64,000 nt of DNA from an uncultured Chloroflexia bacterium (GCA_963712745.1 CAVQJC010000011.1:64001-128000), one strand, 5' to 3'; numbered from the stretch's first letter, positions 39,605 through 49,472 are shown. The notes: a model not told the origin generated them from the sequence alone. Translations and numbers: made by a program.

Positions 39605-40483
39605 TTAGCCGTGTCCGGGCAGGCGTTCGAGGAGGCGAGGGGAGCGCAGGCGCACGACCAGCGCCTCGAAGGCCGGCCGGTCGACACCGCGCCAGCGCAG
39701 CTCTCCGGGGTCGGCCTGGGGGATGGGCGCGTCGATCCGCAGGGTCGCGAGCTCGCGGAAGAGCAGCGCATCAGCCCGATGCTCAGCCAGCGTGCGGGCC
39801 AGGCTGGCGGCGCCTCGCACCTTCAGGTCCCAGGCGCTCACCGAGTCGGGGATTTCCTCCAGGTGGGGGTAGCGCTGCAGCACCGTCGCTGCCGACCGAG
39901 TGCCCCAGCCCGCGAGGCCGGGGAAGCCGTCGGCCGCATCGCCCACCAAGGCCAGGTAGTCGGGGATCGAGGCCGGCCGCACCCCGAACTTTCCGGCCAC
40001 CCCGTCGGCGTCGTAGAAGCGGCCAGCCCGCCGGTCGAAGGTGACCACGCGGCCGTCCTCGCGCACACACTGGGCCATGTCCTTGTCGGGCGAGAGGATG
40101 ACCACTCGTTCGACGTCGGGGTGGTCAGCGAATCGAGCCGCTGCGGCAGCCAGCCCGTCGTCAGCCTCGAACTCGACCATCGGCCAGACGACCGCGCCCA
40201 GCGCGCGCAGAGCCTCCTCCACCAGGCCGAACTGGGCCAGCAGTTCAGGCGGCATGCCCTCGTCGGTCTTGTAGCCGGCGTAGCGGTCATTGCGCCAGGA
40301 GCGGATGACATGGTCGGTGGCACAGCCCAGATGGGTGACACCGTCCTCGCGCAGCAGCGACAGCACCGACTCGACCACGCCCAGCGTGGCCCCCACCGGC
40401 TCGCCGTCGATCCCGTTCCGGGGCGGTCGCCCGAAGTGCGCGCGGAAGAGCTCGTAGGTAGCGTCGAGCAGATGGATCTGCAC
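39605..40483 (-). CDS. 5'-3' exonuclease/flap endonuclease (standalone Pol I N-terminal type)
   Basis: LLDATYELFRA, YK, EADD, SPDKD, ALVGD.AD..PG..G.G. Confidence 0.9.
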   Translation of the reverse strand: MQIHLLDATYELFRAHFGRPPRNGIDGEPVGATLGVVESVLSLLREDGVTHLGCATDHVIRSWRNDRYAGYKTDEGMPPELLAQFGLVEEALRALGAVVWPMVEFEADDGLAAAAARFADHPDVERVVILSPDKDMAQCVREDGRVVTFDRRAGRFYDADGVAGKFGVRPASIPDYLALVGDAADGFPGLAGWGTRSAATVLQRYPHLEEIPDSVSAWDLKVRGAASLARTLAEHRADALLFRELATLRIDAPIPQADPGELRWRGVDRPAFEALVVRLRSPRLLERLPGHG

Positions 40484-40511
40484 AGCGGACGCCCGTTCGC
40501 TCGTGCCTGCG

Positions 40512-41516
40512 TCAGCCGCGCTTGGCCGTCGCGGCGGGCTTGCGGGTAGTCCGGCGACGGGTGGGCTTGGCGGCCGCCTTGGCCGCCGCCTTGGCCGCCG
40601 CCGCCTTGGCCGCCTTGGCCGACGCCTTGGTGGCCGCTTCCTCATGCTCGGCGAGGGCTGCCGCATAGGCGGCGCCGATGATGCCCGAGGTGTTCAGGAA
40701 CCTGGCCTTGGCCAGGTCACAATTCGTCTCGAGGTAGTCCCAGTACTTGTCCGAGCGCTTGCTCACGCCACCGCCGAGGATGATGCGGTCTGGCCAGAAG
40801 AAGAACTCGAGCATGGCCAGGTACTCGTTGAACTCGCCCGCCCATTCCTTCCACTTGAGGCTCCGCCGCTCACGGGCCACGCCGCTGACCAGCGTCTCCG
40901 AGGCCTGGTCGTGCATGAGCAAGTGTCCGAACTCGGTGTTGGGCACGAGGCGCCCCTCGCTGATGAGGGCGCTGCCGATGCCCGTGCCGATGGTCAGCAG
41001 GATGGTCGTGCCCGGCTGGCCCTTGGCTTCCCCGTAGGCCAGCTCGGCCATGCCGGCCGCGTCCGCGTCGTTGATGACGTGGACAGCGCCACCCAGCGTC
41101 TCGCCGAGCCTGCCGGTGGCATCGAAGTCGACCCAACCCTTGTCCAGGTTCGCGGCCATCTTCATGCGCCCGCGCTTGATGGGCCCGGGCAGCCCGCAGC
41201 CGATGGGCAACTCCTTCACCTGGCCGTGCTCGGCGAGCACCTGTTCGACCACGGAGGCGACGGTCTCGATGACGGCTTCCGGCTTCGACGGCTGTGGCGT
41301 CTTCTCGCGTACGCGAGAGCTCACCAGTTCGGCAGTGGCCAGGTCGACCATGGCGGCCTTGACGCCGGTGCCGCCGACGTCGATGCCGAGGGCGACACCG
41401 GTGAGCGGGATGGCCTTGGCCGTGGCGGCCGCCGGCGCAGCTGAAAGACGCGCTGAGGGGGGCACGGCGGCGGGCTCGTTGGACTGCGTGGGGGCGGCAA
41501 TGTCAGTCGTGCTCAT
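40512..41516 (-). CDS. ppgK: Polyphosphate glucokinase (ROK family) with Ala/Lys-rich C-terminal tail
   Basis: GIDVGGTGVK, NDADAAG, TIGTGIGSA, PNTEFGH, GGGVSK, GIIGAA. Confidence 0.85.
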   Translation of the reverse strand: MSTTDIAAPTQSNEPAAVPPSARLSAAPAAATAKAIPLTGVALGIDVGGTGVKAAMVDLATAELVSSRVREKTPQPSKPEAVIETVASVVEQVLAEHGQVKELPIGCGLPGPIKRGRMKMAANLDKGWVDFDATGRLGETLGGAVHVINDADAAGMAELAYGEAKGQPGTTILLTIGTGIGSALISEGRLVPNTEFGHLLMHDQASETLVSGVARERRSLKWKEWAGEFNEYLAMLEFFFWPDRIILGGGVSKRSDKYWDYLETNCDLAKARFLNTSGIIGAAYAAALAEHEEAATKASAKAAKAAAAKAAAKAAAKPTRRRTTRKPAATAKRG

Positions 41517-41599
41517 ATCGGCTGCAGGATACGCCGCCGGTGCCTGCCAGTGACCGCCACCGCGCGCGCTGGGCGTAGTTGACCTACGATGCGGCCGAC

Positions 41600-44302
41600 A
41601 TGTTCGACCCCTACGGTGACTTCAAGCTTCTTCCGCCTGACCCTGATCCCGATGAGACCCAGGACTGGGTCGCCTCGCTCGATGCCCTGGTCGAGGAGCT
41701 GGGCAAGGAGCGCGCCCAGTTCGTCATGTACAAGCTGCTCAAGCGCGCTCGCCAGCTGCACATCGGCCTGCCCCCGCTGACGCAGACCCGCTACATCAAC
41801 ACCATCAGCCCGGAGCAGGAAGCGCCCTTTCCCGGGGACGAGGACATGGAGCGCCGCATCCGCCGGCTCGTGCGCTGGAACGCGGCGGCCATGGTCCTGC
41901 GCGCCAACAAGGAATCGCCTGGTATCGGCGGCCACCTGGCCACGTTCGCCTCGGCCACCAGCCTCTACGAGGTCGGCCTCAATCACTTCTTCCGGGGCAA
42001 GGACGCCGAGGGCATGGGCGACCAGGTCTACTACCAGGGTCACGCGGCTCCGGGGATGTACGCGCGCGCCTTCCTCGAGGGCCGGCTGTCCGAGTCGCAG
42101 CTCGACCACTTCCGGCGCGAGGTCGTACCCGACACGGGCCTTTCCTCGTATCCGCACCCACGGCTGATGCCCGACTTCTGGGAGTTCCCGACCGTCTCGA
42201 TGGGCCTCTCGCCCCTGGCGGCCATCTACCAGGCGCGCTTCAACCGCTATCTCCACAACCGCGGCATCAAGGACACCTCGCAGAGCCGGGTGTGGGCCTT
42301 CCTCGGCGATGGCGAGACCGACGAGCCGGAGTCGCTGGGCTCGCTCAGCATCGCCGCGCGCGAGGGCCTGGACAACCTCATCTTCGTGGTCAACTGCAAC
42401 CTTCAGCGCCTCGATGGCCCGGTCCGCGGCAACGGCAAGATCGTGCAGGAGCTCGAAGCCGTCTTCCGTGGCGCTGGCTGGAATGTCATCAAGGTCATCT
42501 GGGGACGCGAGTGGGACGAGTTGCTGGCGCGTGATCCAGGGGGCGTGCTCGTCCAGCGCATGGCCGACGTCGTCGACGGCGAGTGGCAGAAGTACTCGGT
42601 CGAGCCGGGCTCGTACATGCGCGAGCGCTTCTTCGGGGCCGACCCGCGTCTGGCGGCACTGGTGGCGGACAAGACCGACGATGAGCTCAAGGCGCTCCGT
42701 CGCGGTGGCCACGATTACCGCAAGCTGTACGCGGCCTACCACAAGGCCACGCAGCCCAACGGAGCACCCACGGTGATCCTGGCCAAGACCGTCAAGGGCT
42801 GGACGCTGGGCTCCTCGGTGGAGGCGCGCAACATCACCCACCAGGCCAAGAAGATGAACGACGAGGAGGTGCGGGTCTTCCGCGACCGCCTCGAACTGCC
42901 CATCCCCGACGACGATCTGCACGAGGTGCCCTACTACCATCCGGGCCCCGACTCGCCGGAGATCGAGTACCTGCAGGAGCGGCGTGCTGCTCTGGGTGGG
43001 CCTTCGCCGCGCCGCGTGGTGGTGAGCAACCCGCTCGACACGCCGGGCCAGGAGGTCTACCGCGAGTTCGACGGGGGCTCCGGCGGGCAGGCTGTCTCGA
43101 CCACGATGGCCTTCGCCAAGCTGCTGCGCAACATCCTGCGCGACGAGGGTGTGGGCGAGCGCATCGTGCCCATCATCCCCGACGAGGCCCGCACCTTCGG
43201 CATGGATTCGCTCTTCCAGGAGGTGGGCATCTACTCGGCGCTGGGCCAGCTCTACGACCCGGTCGACTCGAACCTGATGTTCTCGTATCGCGAGGACAAG
43301 GCCGGCCAGATCCTCGAGGAGGGCCTGACCGAGGCCGGCTCGACCGCTTCCATGCAGGCCGCGGGCACCTCCTATGCCACGCACGGCGAACCGATGATCC
43401 CGTTCTACATCTTCTACTCGATGTTCGGGTTCCAGCGCACGGCCGACGAGATCTGGGCCTTCCAGGACGCGCGAGGGCGGGGCTTCATGATGGGCGCCAC
43501 CGCCGGCCGCACCACGCTCAACGGCGAGGGCCTCCAGCACGAGGACGGCCACAGCCTGGTGCACGCCTCCCACTTCCCCTCTTGCCGCGTCTACGACCCT
43601 GCCTTCGCCTACGAGACGGCGGCCATCGTCAAGGACGGCATCGAGCGGATGTACGGGCCGCAGCCGGAGGACGTCTTCTACTACGTCACGCTCTACAACG
43701 AGAACCACGTCATGCCCGTGCGGCCCGAGGGCGTGAGCGACGAGGACATCATCAACGGCCTCTATCGCTTCGCCGAGGCCCCGGCCGTCACCGACGGAGC
43801 GCCGCGCGCCACCATCCTGGCCTCAGGCGTGATCATGCAGCAGGCGCTGGCAGCGCAGGCCATGCTCGCGGAGCGGTACGGCGTGGCGACGGAGATCTAC
43901 AGCGCGCCGTCCTTCCAGCTGCTGCGCAACGAGGCCCTCGAGACCGAGCACTGGAACCTGCACAACCCCGGTTCGGTACGCGTCCCCTACGTGACCAGGG
44001 TGTTGGCCGAGCCCGGCGCTGCCGGTCCCGTGGTGGCTGTCTCGGACTGGATCGCCGCCTGGCCGGACATGGTCAGCCGCTGGGTCCCGACCGAAGCCTG
44101 GCGCAGCATGGGCACCGACGGCTACGGCCGCAGTGACACCCGCGAAGCCCTCAGGCGTTTCTTCGACATCGACGCGGAGCACATCAGCGCGGCGGTTCTG
44201 GTCGAGCTGGCCCGGCTGGGCAAGCTGCCGCTGGGCGAGGTCGCGAAGGCCGTCGCCGAGCTCGACCTCGAGCCCGAGGCACCTTTCGCCATCGACCGCT
44301 GA
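41600..44302 (+). CDS. aceE: Pyruvate dehydrogenase E1 component, homodimeric type
   Basis: DPDPDET..W, RWNA, GGH, SSYPHP, PTVSMG, GDGE.DEPE, NCNLQRLDGPV, YSMFGFQR, GEGLQH. Confidence 0.96.
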   Translation: MFDPYGDFKLLPPDPDPDETQDWVASLDALVEELGKERAQFVMYKLLKRARQLHIGLPPLTQTRYINTISPEQEAPFPGDEDMERRIRRLVRWNAAAMVLRANKESPGIGGHLATFASATSLYEVGLNHFFRGKDAEGMGDQVYYQGHAAPGMYARAFLEGRLSESQLDHFRREVVPDTGLSSYPHPRLMPDFWEFPTVSMGLSPLAAIYQARFNRYLHNRGIKDTSQSRVWAFLGDGETDEPESLGSLSIAAREGLDNLIFVVNCNLQRLDGPVRGNGKIVQELEAVFRGAGWNVIKVIWGREWDELLARDPGGVLVQRMADVVDGEWQKYSVEPGSYMRERFFGADPRLAALVADKTDDELKALRRGGHDYRKLYAAYHKATQPNGAPTVILAKTVKGWTLGSSVEARNITHQAKKMNDEEVRVFRDRLELPIPDDDLHEVPYYHPGPDSPEIEYLQERRAALGGPSPRRVVVSNPLDTPGQEVYREFDGGSGGQAVSTTMAFAKLLRNILRDEGVGERIVPIIPDEARTFGMDSLFQEVGIYSALGQLYDPVDSNLMFSYREDKAGQILEEGLTEAGSTASMQAAGTSYATHGEPMIPFYIFYSMFGFQRTADEIWAFQDARGRGFMMGATAGRTTLNGEGLQHEDGHSLVHASHFPSCRVYDPAFAYETAAIVKDGIERMYGPQPEDVFYYVTLYNENHVMPVRPEGVSDEDIINGLYRFAEAPAVTDGAPRATILASGVIMQQALAAQAMLAERYGVATEIYSAPSFQLLRNEALETEHWNLHNPGSVRVPYVTRVLAEPGAAGPVVAVSDWIAAWPDMVSRWVPTEAWRSMGTDGYGRSDTREALRRFFDIDAEHISAAVLVELARLGKLPLGEVAKAVAELDLEPEAPFAIDR

Positions 44303-44366
44303 GCCGGACCAGTACCAACGGGGCAGTAGCCATCCCCCCGTGGGTGGCCGCTACCATCGTGTCGTC

Positions 44367-44948
44367 ATGACCGGGACGACCTACGTTCCTGGTGAGCCTG
44401 CCGACGCGACTCTTGTCGAGGCTGCTCGCCGGGGTGATCTGCACGCCTGGGAGCGGCTCGTTCGCCGATACCAGGAGTCCGTCTATCGGGTCGCCTGGCT
44501 CATCGTCCGCGACTCCGACCTGGCGGAGGCTGCCGCGTTGTCCGCCTTCGTGCGCGCCTTCCGGGCGCTGCCCTCCTACGACGAGCAGGTCAGCCTGCTG
44601 CCCTGGCTCATCCGCATCACCGGCGGCGAGGCGCGCCAGCAGCGTCGCGAATCGGGCCGCCCCACGCCATCATCGCGACCGGTCGAGCGCCAGCCGACGC
44701 CGCACTTCCCGGCTTCGGCGGTCCCGGGCATGGCCCAGGCCGCCGGACTCACCATCCACGAGCGGGGCGCCGTCACCGAGGCCTTCGACCGTCTTGGCGA
44801 GGAGGACCGCCTGGTGTTGGCCGCGCGCTACCTCCTCGGTCTGTCGAGAGACGATGCCGCCAGTGCACTCTCTGTCGCCAGCGCTCTCGTCGATGAGCGG
44901 CTCGAGGGTGCCCTGAAACGGCTTCGCAGCCGGATGGCCGCCGCCTGA
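44367..44948 (+). CDS. ECF-type RNA polymerase sigma factor (divergent)
   Basis: LVEAARRGD..AWERLVRRY, F.RA, PWL.RI region 2 and a region 4 helix pattern. Confidence 0.78.
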   Translation: MTGTTYVPGEPADATLVEAARRGDLHAWERLVRRYQESVYRVAWLIVRDSDLAEAAALSAFVRAFRALPSYDEQVSLLPWLIRITGGEARQQRRESGRPTPSSRPVERQPTPHFPASAVPGMAQAAGLTIHERGAVTEAFDRLGEEDRLVLAARYLLGLSRDDAASALSVASALVDERLEGALKRLRSRMAAA

Positions 44949-45436
44949 TGAGCGTCCAGAGCCACCCAGGCTCCCACAGCGGCCTGCCCGACGATCGCCT
45001 CGGGACCGTGGCCGTCTCACTGGCCGTGGCGGAGCTGACGCTCACGCCGGACGTGGTTCCTGCCGTGATGGACCGGATCGCCCGCGACGCGGTGGCCTAT
45101 CCCGAGCAGTTCGACCGCCGGCCGGGGCCGCCCGCGCCACCCTCCTGGATGCCGCCGAGCGAGCGCTCTGCCAAGCGGGCCATCAGCCGGCTGGCCGTCA
45201 TCGGCGTGCTGGTCGCCATCGTCGTCGCGCTGGTCATCTTCGCCGCCTCGGCCAGCGCCGGGGCAGCAGGCAGCGGTGACTTCGGAGCCGTAGAGCTGGT
45301 GGCCGGAAGGGCCGCTCCCCTGCCGATTGACGCGATAGATGGCAGGCTGGTGTCGTTCGGGGTCGATGAGGCCGGCGAGGTCTACGGCATCGAACACGGA
45401 GGCCGAATCCTTCACGTCGTCACGGAGGATCCATGA
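44948..45436 (+). CDS. Single-TM protein (anti-sigma-like position) ending in a GSDH-propeller C-terminal fragment
   Basis: Coupled to the sigma gene; TM helix; tail LVSFGVDEAGEVY resembles FVSFGQDDSGELY of the next gene. Confidence 0.55.
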   Translation: MSVQSHPGSHSGLPDDRLGTVAVSLAVAELTLTPDVVPAVMDRIARDAVAYPEQFDRRPGPPAPPSWMPPSERSAKRAISRLAVIGVLVAIVVALVIFAASASAGAAGSGDFGAVELVAGRAAPLPIDAIDGRLVSFGVDEAGEVYGIEHGGRILHVVTEDP

Positions 45437-46770
45437 CCCAGACCCAGTCCCGTCGCTTCAGCTTCGTCGCGCTGCTGCTGACACTCGCGTTGGTGATGGC
45501 CGCCGCCAGCTCGGCAGTCACGCTCGGCGCCCAGGGCAAGAACAAGAAGAATGCCAAGACCACCAACGAACCCGCGGTGGCAGCCTCGCCGGCAGCGGAG
45601 GCGTCGCCCACGCCGAGCCCAGAGCCGACGCCCGAGCCCACGCCGTTCCCCATGTTCGACCCCGCCTCGGTCGGGCTGCGCATCGACCTCCTCACCGACG
45701 GGCTCAACGCGCCCGTGTATCTCACCGACGACCGGGCGCCGGGCGGCTGCCTCTATGTCGTCGAGCAGGGCGGCATGGTCCGCATCGTCGAGGCCGACAC
45801 GGGATACCTGCGGCCGGCACCCTTCCTCGACATCAGCAAGCTCGTGGCCACCGGCCCCGAACAGGGCCTCCACAGCATCGCCTTCCATCCCAAGTTCCGG
45901 AAGAACGGACGCTTCTTCGTCCACTACAACCGGCCCGACAACGCCTCGGTCATCGCCGAGTTCAAGGGCAAGCCCTGCGCATCCGCCGGCAACAAACCGG
46001 TCAAGACGCTGTTGACGGTGGACCAGGAGTTCCCCAACAACAACGCCGGCTGGATCGGCTTCGGCCGTGACGGCTACCTCTACATCCCGCTCGGTGACGG
46101 CGGTGGCCGCTCGCCCGGCGACCCCAACGGCTACGGCCAGACCAAGTCGACCCGGCTGTCGAAGGTGCTTCGCATCGACGTGAACAAGGGCCGCCGCTAC
46201 GTCGTGCCCCAGGACAACCCCTATGCCAAGAAGAAGATGGGCTTCCCGCCGGAAGCCTGGGCCTGGGGCCTGCGCGACCCGCGCCGAGCCTCCTTCGACC
46301 GCAAGACCGGGGACCTGTGGATCGGCGACGTGGGCCAGGACCGCCACGAGGAGATCGACCTCATCCCCGTGGGCGCGACCACGAAGGGTGCGGCTCTCAA
46401 CTTCGGCTGGTCGGACGTGGAGGGGTATGCCTCCTGCCACCCCAATGTTCCCGAATGCGACCCCTCGCTCTACGAGGAGCCAGTGTGGAGCTATGACAAG
46501 GTCCCGCCGCACCGTGCGGTGACCGGCGGCTACGTCTATCGCGGCAAAGCCATCCCCGAGCTCTTCGGCGTCTACCTCTTCAGCGACTTCGCCAGCGGCT
46601 ATCTGTGGGCGCTCGACGCGGAGGCCGTCTACGAGGGTCTCGACGTCACCGCCGAGCTGCTGCTGGATGCCCCGCAGGGGTTCGTCTCATTCGGCCAGGA
46701 CGATTCTGGCGAGCTCTATCTCGTCTCCTTCGACGGCAGCGTCTACCGGCTCAATCGCGCCGAAAGCTGA
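45433..46770 (+). CDS. Secreted PQQ-dependent glucose/sorbosone dehydrogenase-like protein
   Basis: Signal peptide, EQGL..IAFHP, LGDGG, KVLRIDV, GLRDP.R.SFD, GDVGQ, GGYVYRG, SFGQD. Confidence 0.88.
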   Translation: MTQTQSRRFSFVALLLTLALVMAAASSAVTLGAQGKNKKNAKTTNEPAVAASPAAEASPTPSPEPTPEPTPFPMFDPASVGLRIDLLTDGLNAPVYLTDDRAPGGCLYVVEQGGMVRIVEADTGYLRPAPFLDISKLVATGPEQGLHSIAFHPKFRKNGRFFVHYNRPDNASVIAEFKGKPCASAGNKPVKTLLTVDQEFPNNNAGWIGFGRDGYLYIPLGDGGGRSPGDPNGYGQTKSTRLSKVLRIDVNKGRRYVVPQDNPYAKKKMGFPPEAWAWGLRDPRRASFDRKTGDLWIGDVGQDRHEEIDLIPVGATTKGAALNFGWSDVEGYASCHPNVPECDPSLYEEPVWSYDKVPPHRAVTGGYVYRGKAIPELFGVYLFSDFASGYLWALDAEAVYEGLDVTAELLLDAPQGFVSFGQDDSGELYLVSFDGSVYRLNRAES

Positions 46771-46788
46771 GCTCGGTCGGGTTCGAGC

Positions 46789-47598
46789 ATGGTGACCGAA
46801 CAAGAGCCCGACCCAGACAGCCTGCGCTACGCGCGCTACTGGGAGCCGGTGCTGGCCGCTCCCGCCCAGCGCCTGCTGCGGCTCCTGGACGTGGTGCCGA
46901 GGACATACCTCGACATCGGTGCCGGCACCGGAGCGCTGGTGCTGGCGGCGGCCAGGCGATGGCCGGAGGCCCGCCTCATCGGGCTCGACGCATCCGCCGG
47001 CATGCTCTCGGTCGCGCGCAGTCGCTCGAGCGCAGGGGCCGACGGTGCGGGCCGCTTCAGCTGGCTGGCCGCCGACGCCGCAGCCATGCCACTGGACGAT
47101 GCCTCGGTGGACGTTGCCACCTCCTCGTTCATGCTCCAGCTGGCCGACGATCGCCGAGCGGTGCTGGGCGAGGTCAAGCGCGTCCTGCGCCCCGGAGCCG
47201 TCTTCGCGTTCGTGACCTGGCTGGCCGATGAGCTCGAGCTCGAGGCCGACGAAGCCTTCGAGGAGGCCCTGGCCGAGCTGGGACTCGACGAGGCCGAGCC
47301 GCCGGGCGGCCGACCTCCGCGGGTGACCGACTACCGTTCCCTCGACGAGGCGCGCGACGAGCTGCTGGCTGCCGGCTTCACCCAGGTCGAGGTCCGGGTC
47401 GATGACATCCATCATGCCTGGACACGAGAGGCCTTCCTCGAGTTCAAGCTGGACTACGACGAATACGACCTGGTGGAGTCGCTTGAAGCCCCGCTGGCTG
47501 AGCGGCTGCGGTCGGCCGCGCTGGCGCGCTTCGCCGACATGCCCGAGTCGGCCTTCGTCGTCCGCGGCCCATTGGTCGTGGCGCTCGCCCGCCGCTAG
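46789..47598 (+). CDS. Class I SAM-dependent methyltransferase
   Basis: LDIGAGTG, GLDAS.GML, ADA..MP, RVLRPG. Confidence 0.9.
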   Translation: MVTEQEPDPDSLRYARYWEPVLAAPAQRLLRLLDVVPRTYLDIGAGTGALVLAAARRWPEARLIGLDASAGMLSVARSRSSAGADGAGRFSWLAADAAAMPLDDASVDVATSSFMLQLADDRRAVLGEVKRVLRPGAVFAFVTWLADELELEADEAFEEALAELGLDEAEPPGGRPPRVTDYRSLDEARDELLAAGFTQVEVRVDDIHHAWTREAFLEFKLDYDEYDLVESLEAPLAERLRSAALARFADMPESAFVVRGPLVVALARR

Positions 47599-47647
47599 CT
47601 CTCACGCGCCTGGCCCAGGTGTCGCGTCTACTCGGGGATAGGACAGC

Positions 47648-48451
47648 CTAGACAGCGAAGGGCGTGCCTTCCAGCGGGCGGCAGACCTTGCACGGCCGGT
47701 AGCCGGCGTCTCGCGCTTCCTCGGCGCTGTGGAATCGGACTTCGTGGGTACTCGAGGTCCGACGGGCGTGCCGGCACGAGGGATAGCAGTAGATGCTGGT
47801 GGTATCGGAGCCGGTGTAGCGGACACCAACGCCGGCCATCCGCTCCAGCTCCACCGTATCGGTGCCCTCGAGCGTGAGCACCTCGCGCTTGGCCTCCGGT
47901 CCGCCCGCACCGTAGTTGCCGATGTGGCCGTCGGCGCGCACCACCCGATGGCAGGGGATGACGAAGGTGATGGGGTTTCCCGCCAGCGCCGAGCCCACCG
48001 CCCGCACGGCCTTCGGCCGGCCGATCTCGCGCGCTACCCACGCATAGGGCCGCACCTCCCCGTAGGGGATCTCCATGGTCTTGCGCAGCACCGCCCGTTC
48101 GAACTCGGTGAGCGCGTCGAGGTCGACCGGCGGGCCGTCGGTGCGCTTGCCGTCGAAGCGCTTGCGCACCTGGGCCAGCATCCCTGCCGGCATCCGTGGC
48201 ACGCGTCGTATTGGGCGGCCGTGGCGCAGTTCGTACTCGGTTTCGAAGCCGTCGGGGTCGCCAGCGCGCTCGGCCGCGGTGATGCCGCTCGCTGCCCAGG
48301 CCACGTACAGGGGCCCGATGGGCCCGTCGATCTCCGTCCACGAGTCGACCAGGCCGACCCCGGCCATGACGGCGTCGGCCAGTCCATGAGGCGCCGTCGC
48401 CTCCACCGAGCGCAGTGCCTTGACCATCGTTCGTGCCTCCCGCAAGCTCAT
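47648..48451 (-). CDS. Methylated-DNA-protein-cysteine methyltransferase fused to a C-terminal Ada Zn-binding domain
   Basis: IPYGEV, RAVG.A...NP, IPCHRV; C-terminal IYCYPSC...GYRPCKVC. Confidence 0.9.
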   Translation of the reverse strand: MSLREARTMVKALRSVEATAPHGLADAVMAGVGLVDSWTEIDGPIGPLYVAWAASGITAAERAGDPDGFETEYELRHGRPIRRVPRMPAGMLAQVRKRFDGKRTDGPPVDLDALTEFERAVLRKTMEIPYGEVRPYAWVAREIGRPKAVRAVGSALAGNPITFVIPCHRVVRADGHIGNYGAGGPEAKREVLTLEGTDTVELERMAGVGVRYTGSDTTSIYCYPSCRHARRTSSTHEVRFHSAEEARDAGYRPCKVCRPLEGTPFAV

Positions 48452-49020
48452 CGCGCCACCTCGTGGCTGTCATGGCTCATATCGTCCTCGAGCGCCTTCC
48501 GCAGCAGGCGTATGCCCCGATGCACGTCCGACTTGACCGTGCCCAGCGGCCGGCCCAGCGCCTCCGCCAGTTCCGGGTATGAGAGTCCGCTGACGTGGCG
48601 CAACTCGACCGCCCGCCGGTATCGGGCGGGCAAGGCATCCAGCCGCGCTTGCCATCGGCCCGCTGCCTCGCGCTGCTCGGCGATGCGGGCTGGCCCCGGG
48701 CTCTCATCGGCTTTCATCTCCGCCACCGTCGCCAGCGCAGCGGTGGCTGGGGTCCGCCGGCGCGCCCGGTTGCGGGCGAGGTTGCCGGTGATGGCAGCCA
48801 GCCACCCGCGCGGGCGCAGCCCGGCGATACGACTCGCGTCGTAGCCGGCCAGCGCCCGGTACGCCCGGATGAAAGCCTCCTGGGCCAGGTCCTCCGCATC
48901 GGCCGGGCGCCTCGTCGAGCGCAGGGCGATGCCGTAGACGAGGTCCTGGTGATGGGCCAGGAACTCCGGGAAAGAACCCTCAAGGTCCTGGGCCAGCCGG
49001 CGGGGGCAGTCAGCGCACAC
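48448..49020 (-). CDS. ECF-type RNA polymerase sigma factor
   Basis: DAEDLAQEAF.RA, WL..I..N..RN, GLSY.E.A..LG.P.GTVKS..HRG. Confidence 0.9.
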   Translation of the reverse strand: MCADCPRRLAQDLEGSFPEFLAHHQDLVYGIALRSTRRPADAEDLAQEAFIRAYRALAGYDASRIAGLRPRGWLAAITGNLARNRARRRTPATAALATVAEMKADESPGPARIAEQREAAGRWQARLDALPARYRRAVELRHVSGLSYPELAEALGRPLGTVKSDVHRGIRLLRKALEDDMSHDSHEVAR

Positions 49021-49029
49021 GCAGGCAAG

Positions 49030-49056
49030 AACACGCGGTCGTGGTCATCGGTTGCA
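49030..49056 (-). promoter_or_regulatory. Possible ECF-type autoregulatory promoter TGCAAC-N15-CGTGTT
   Basis: AAC/CGT pattern 9 nt upstream of the sigma GTG start; spacer slightly short. Confidence 0.3.
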
Positions 49057-49190
49057 GTGTGCCGCCTGCGGTCGAGCCGGGCACGTCCCGGCGACCGTCC
49101 ACCCCACCCGCGCCACCCGCTACTCGCGTCACCCGCGCCAATCCGAACTCGCGCCACCCGCAACTCGAACCACGGACGGGCCGCGTCCGA

Positions 49191-49472
49191 CTAGCCCACG
49201 TACCTGCGCTCGGTGTAGCACCACTTGAAGCCGCGGCCCACCGGCATCGAGGCCATGACTGCGTGCCCAGTCTGCCGATAGTGCGCCTCGGCATCGCCGG
49301 CCTGGGACTCGCAGCAGCCAACGTGACCACATGTCGCGCACACCCGCAGGCTGTAGGTGCTGCCGCACTCCTCGCAGGCATTGCCGGAGGGGGTGGCCAT
49401 CGAGTCGGGCCCATGGCTGCAGGTCGCGCCATCTGTGCCGAGGAGGTTCCGAATCATGTCCATGCCCGACAT
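49191..49472 (-). CDS. UBP-type zinc finger domain protein
   Basis: CSH, CEEC, LRVCATCGHVGCC, HY..TGH, WCY. Confidence 0.85.
   Translation of the reverse strand: MSGMDMIRNLLGTDGATCSHGPDSMATPSGNACEECGSTYSLRVCATCGHVGCCESQAGDAEAHYRQTGHAVMASMPVGRGFKWCYTERRYVG

Noticed and set aside
41513-43708. Long antisense ORFs (here and at 1694-3301, 22143-23987, 24266-25945, 28509-30320)
   Set aside because: They lie opposite well-supported genes, carry no motifs, and are expected from GC-rich codon bias.
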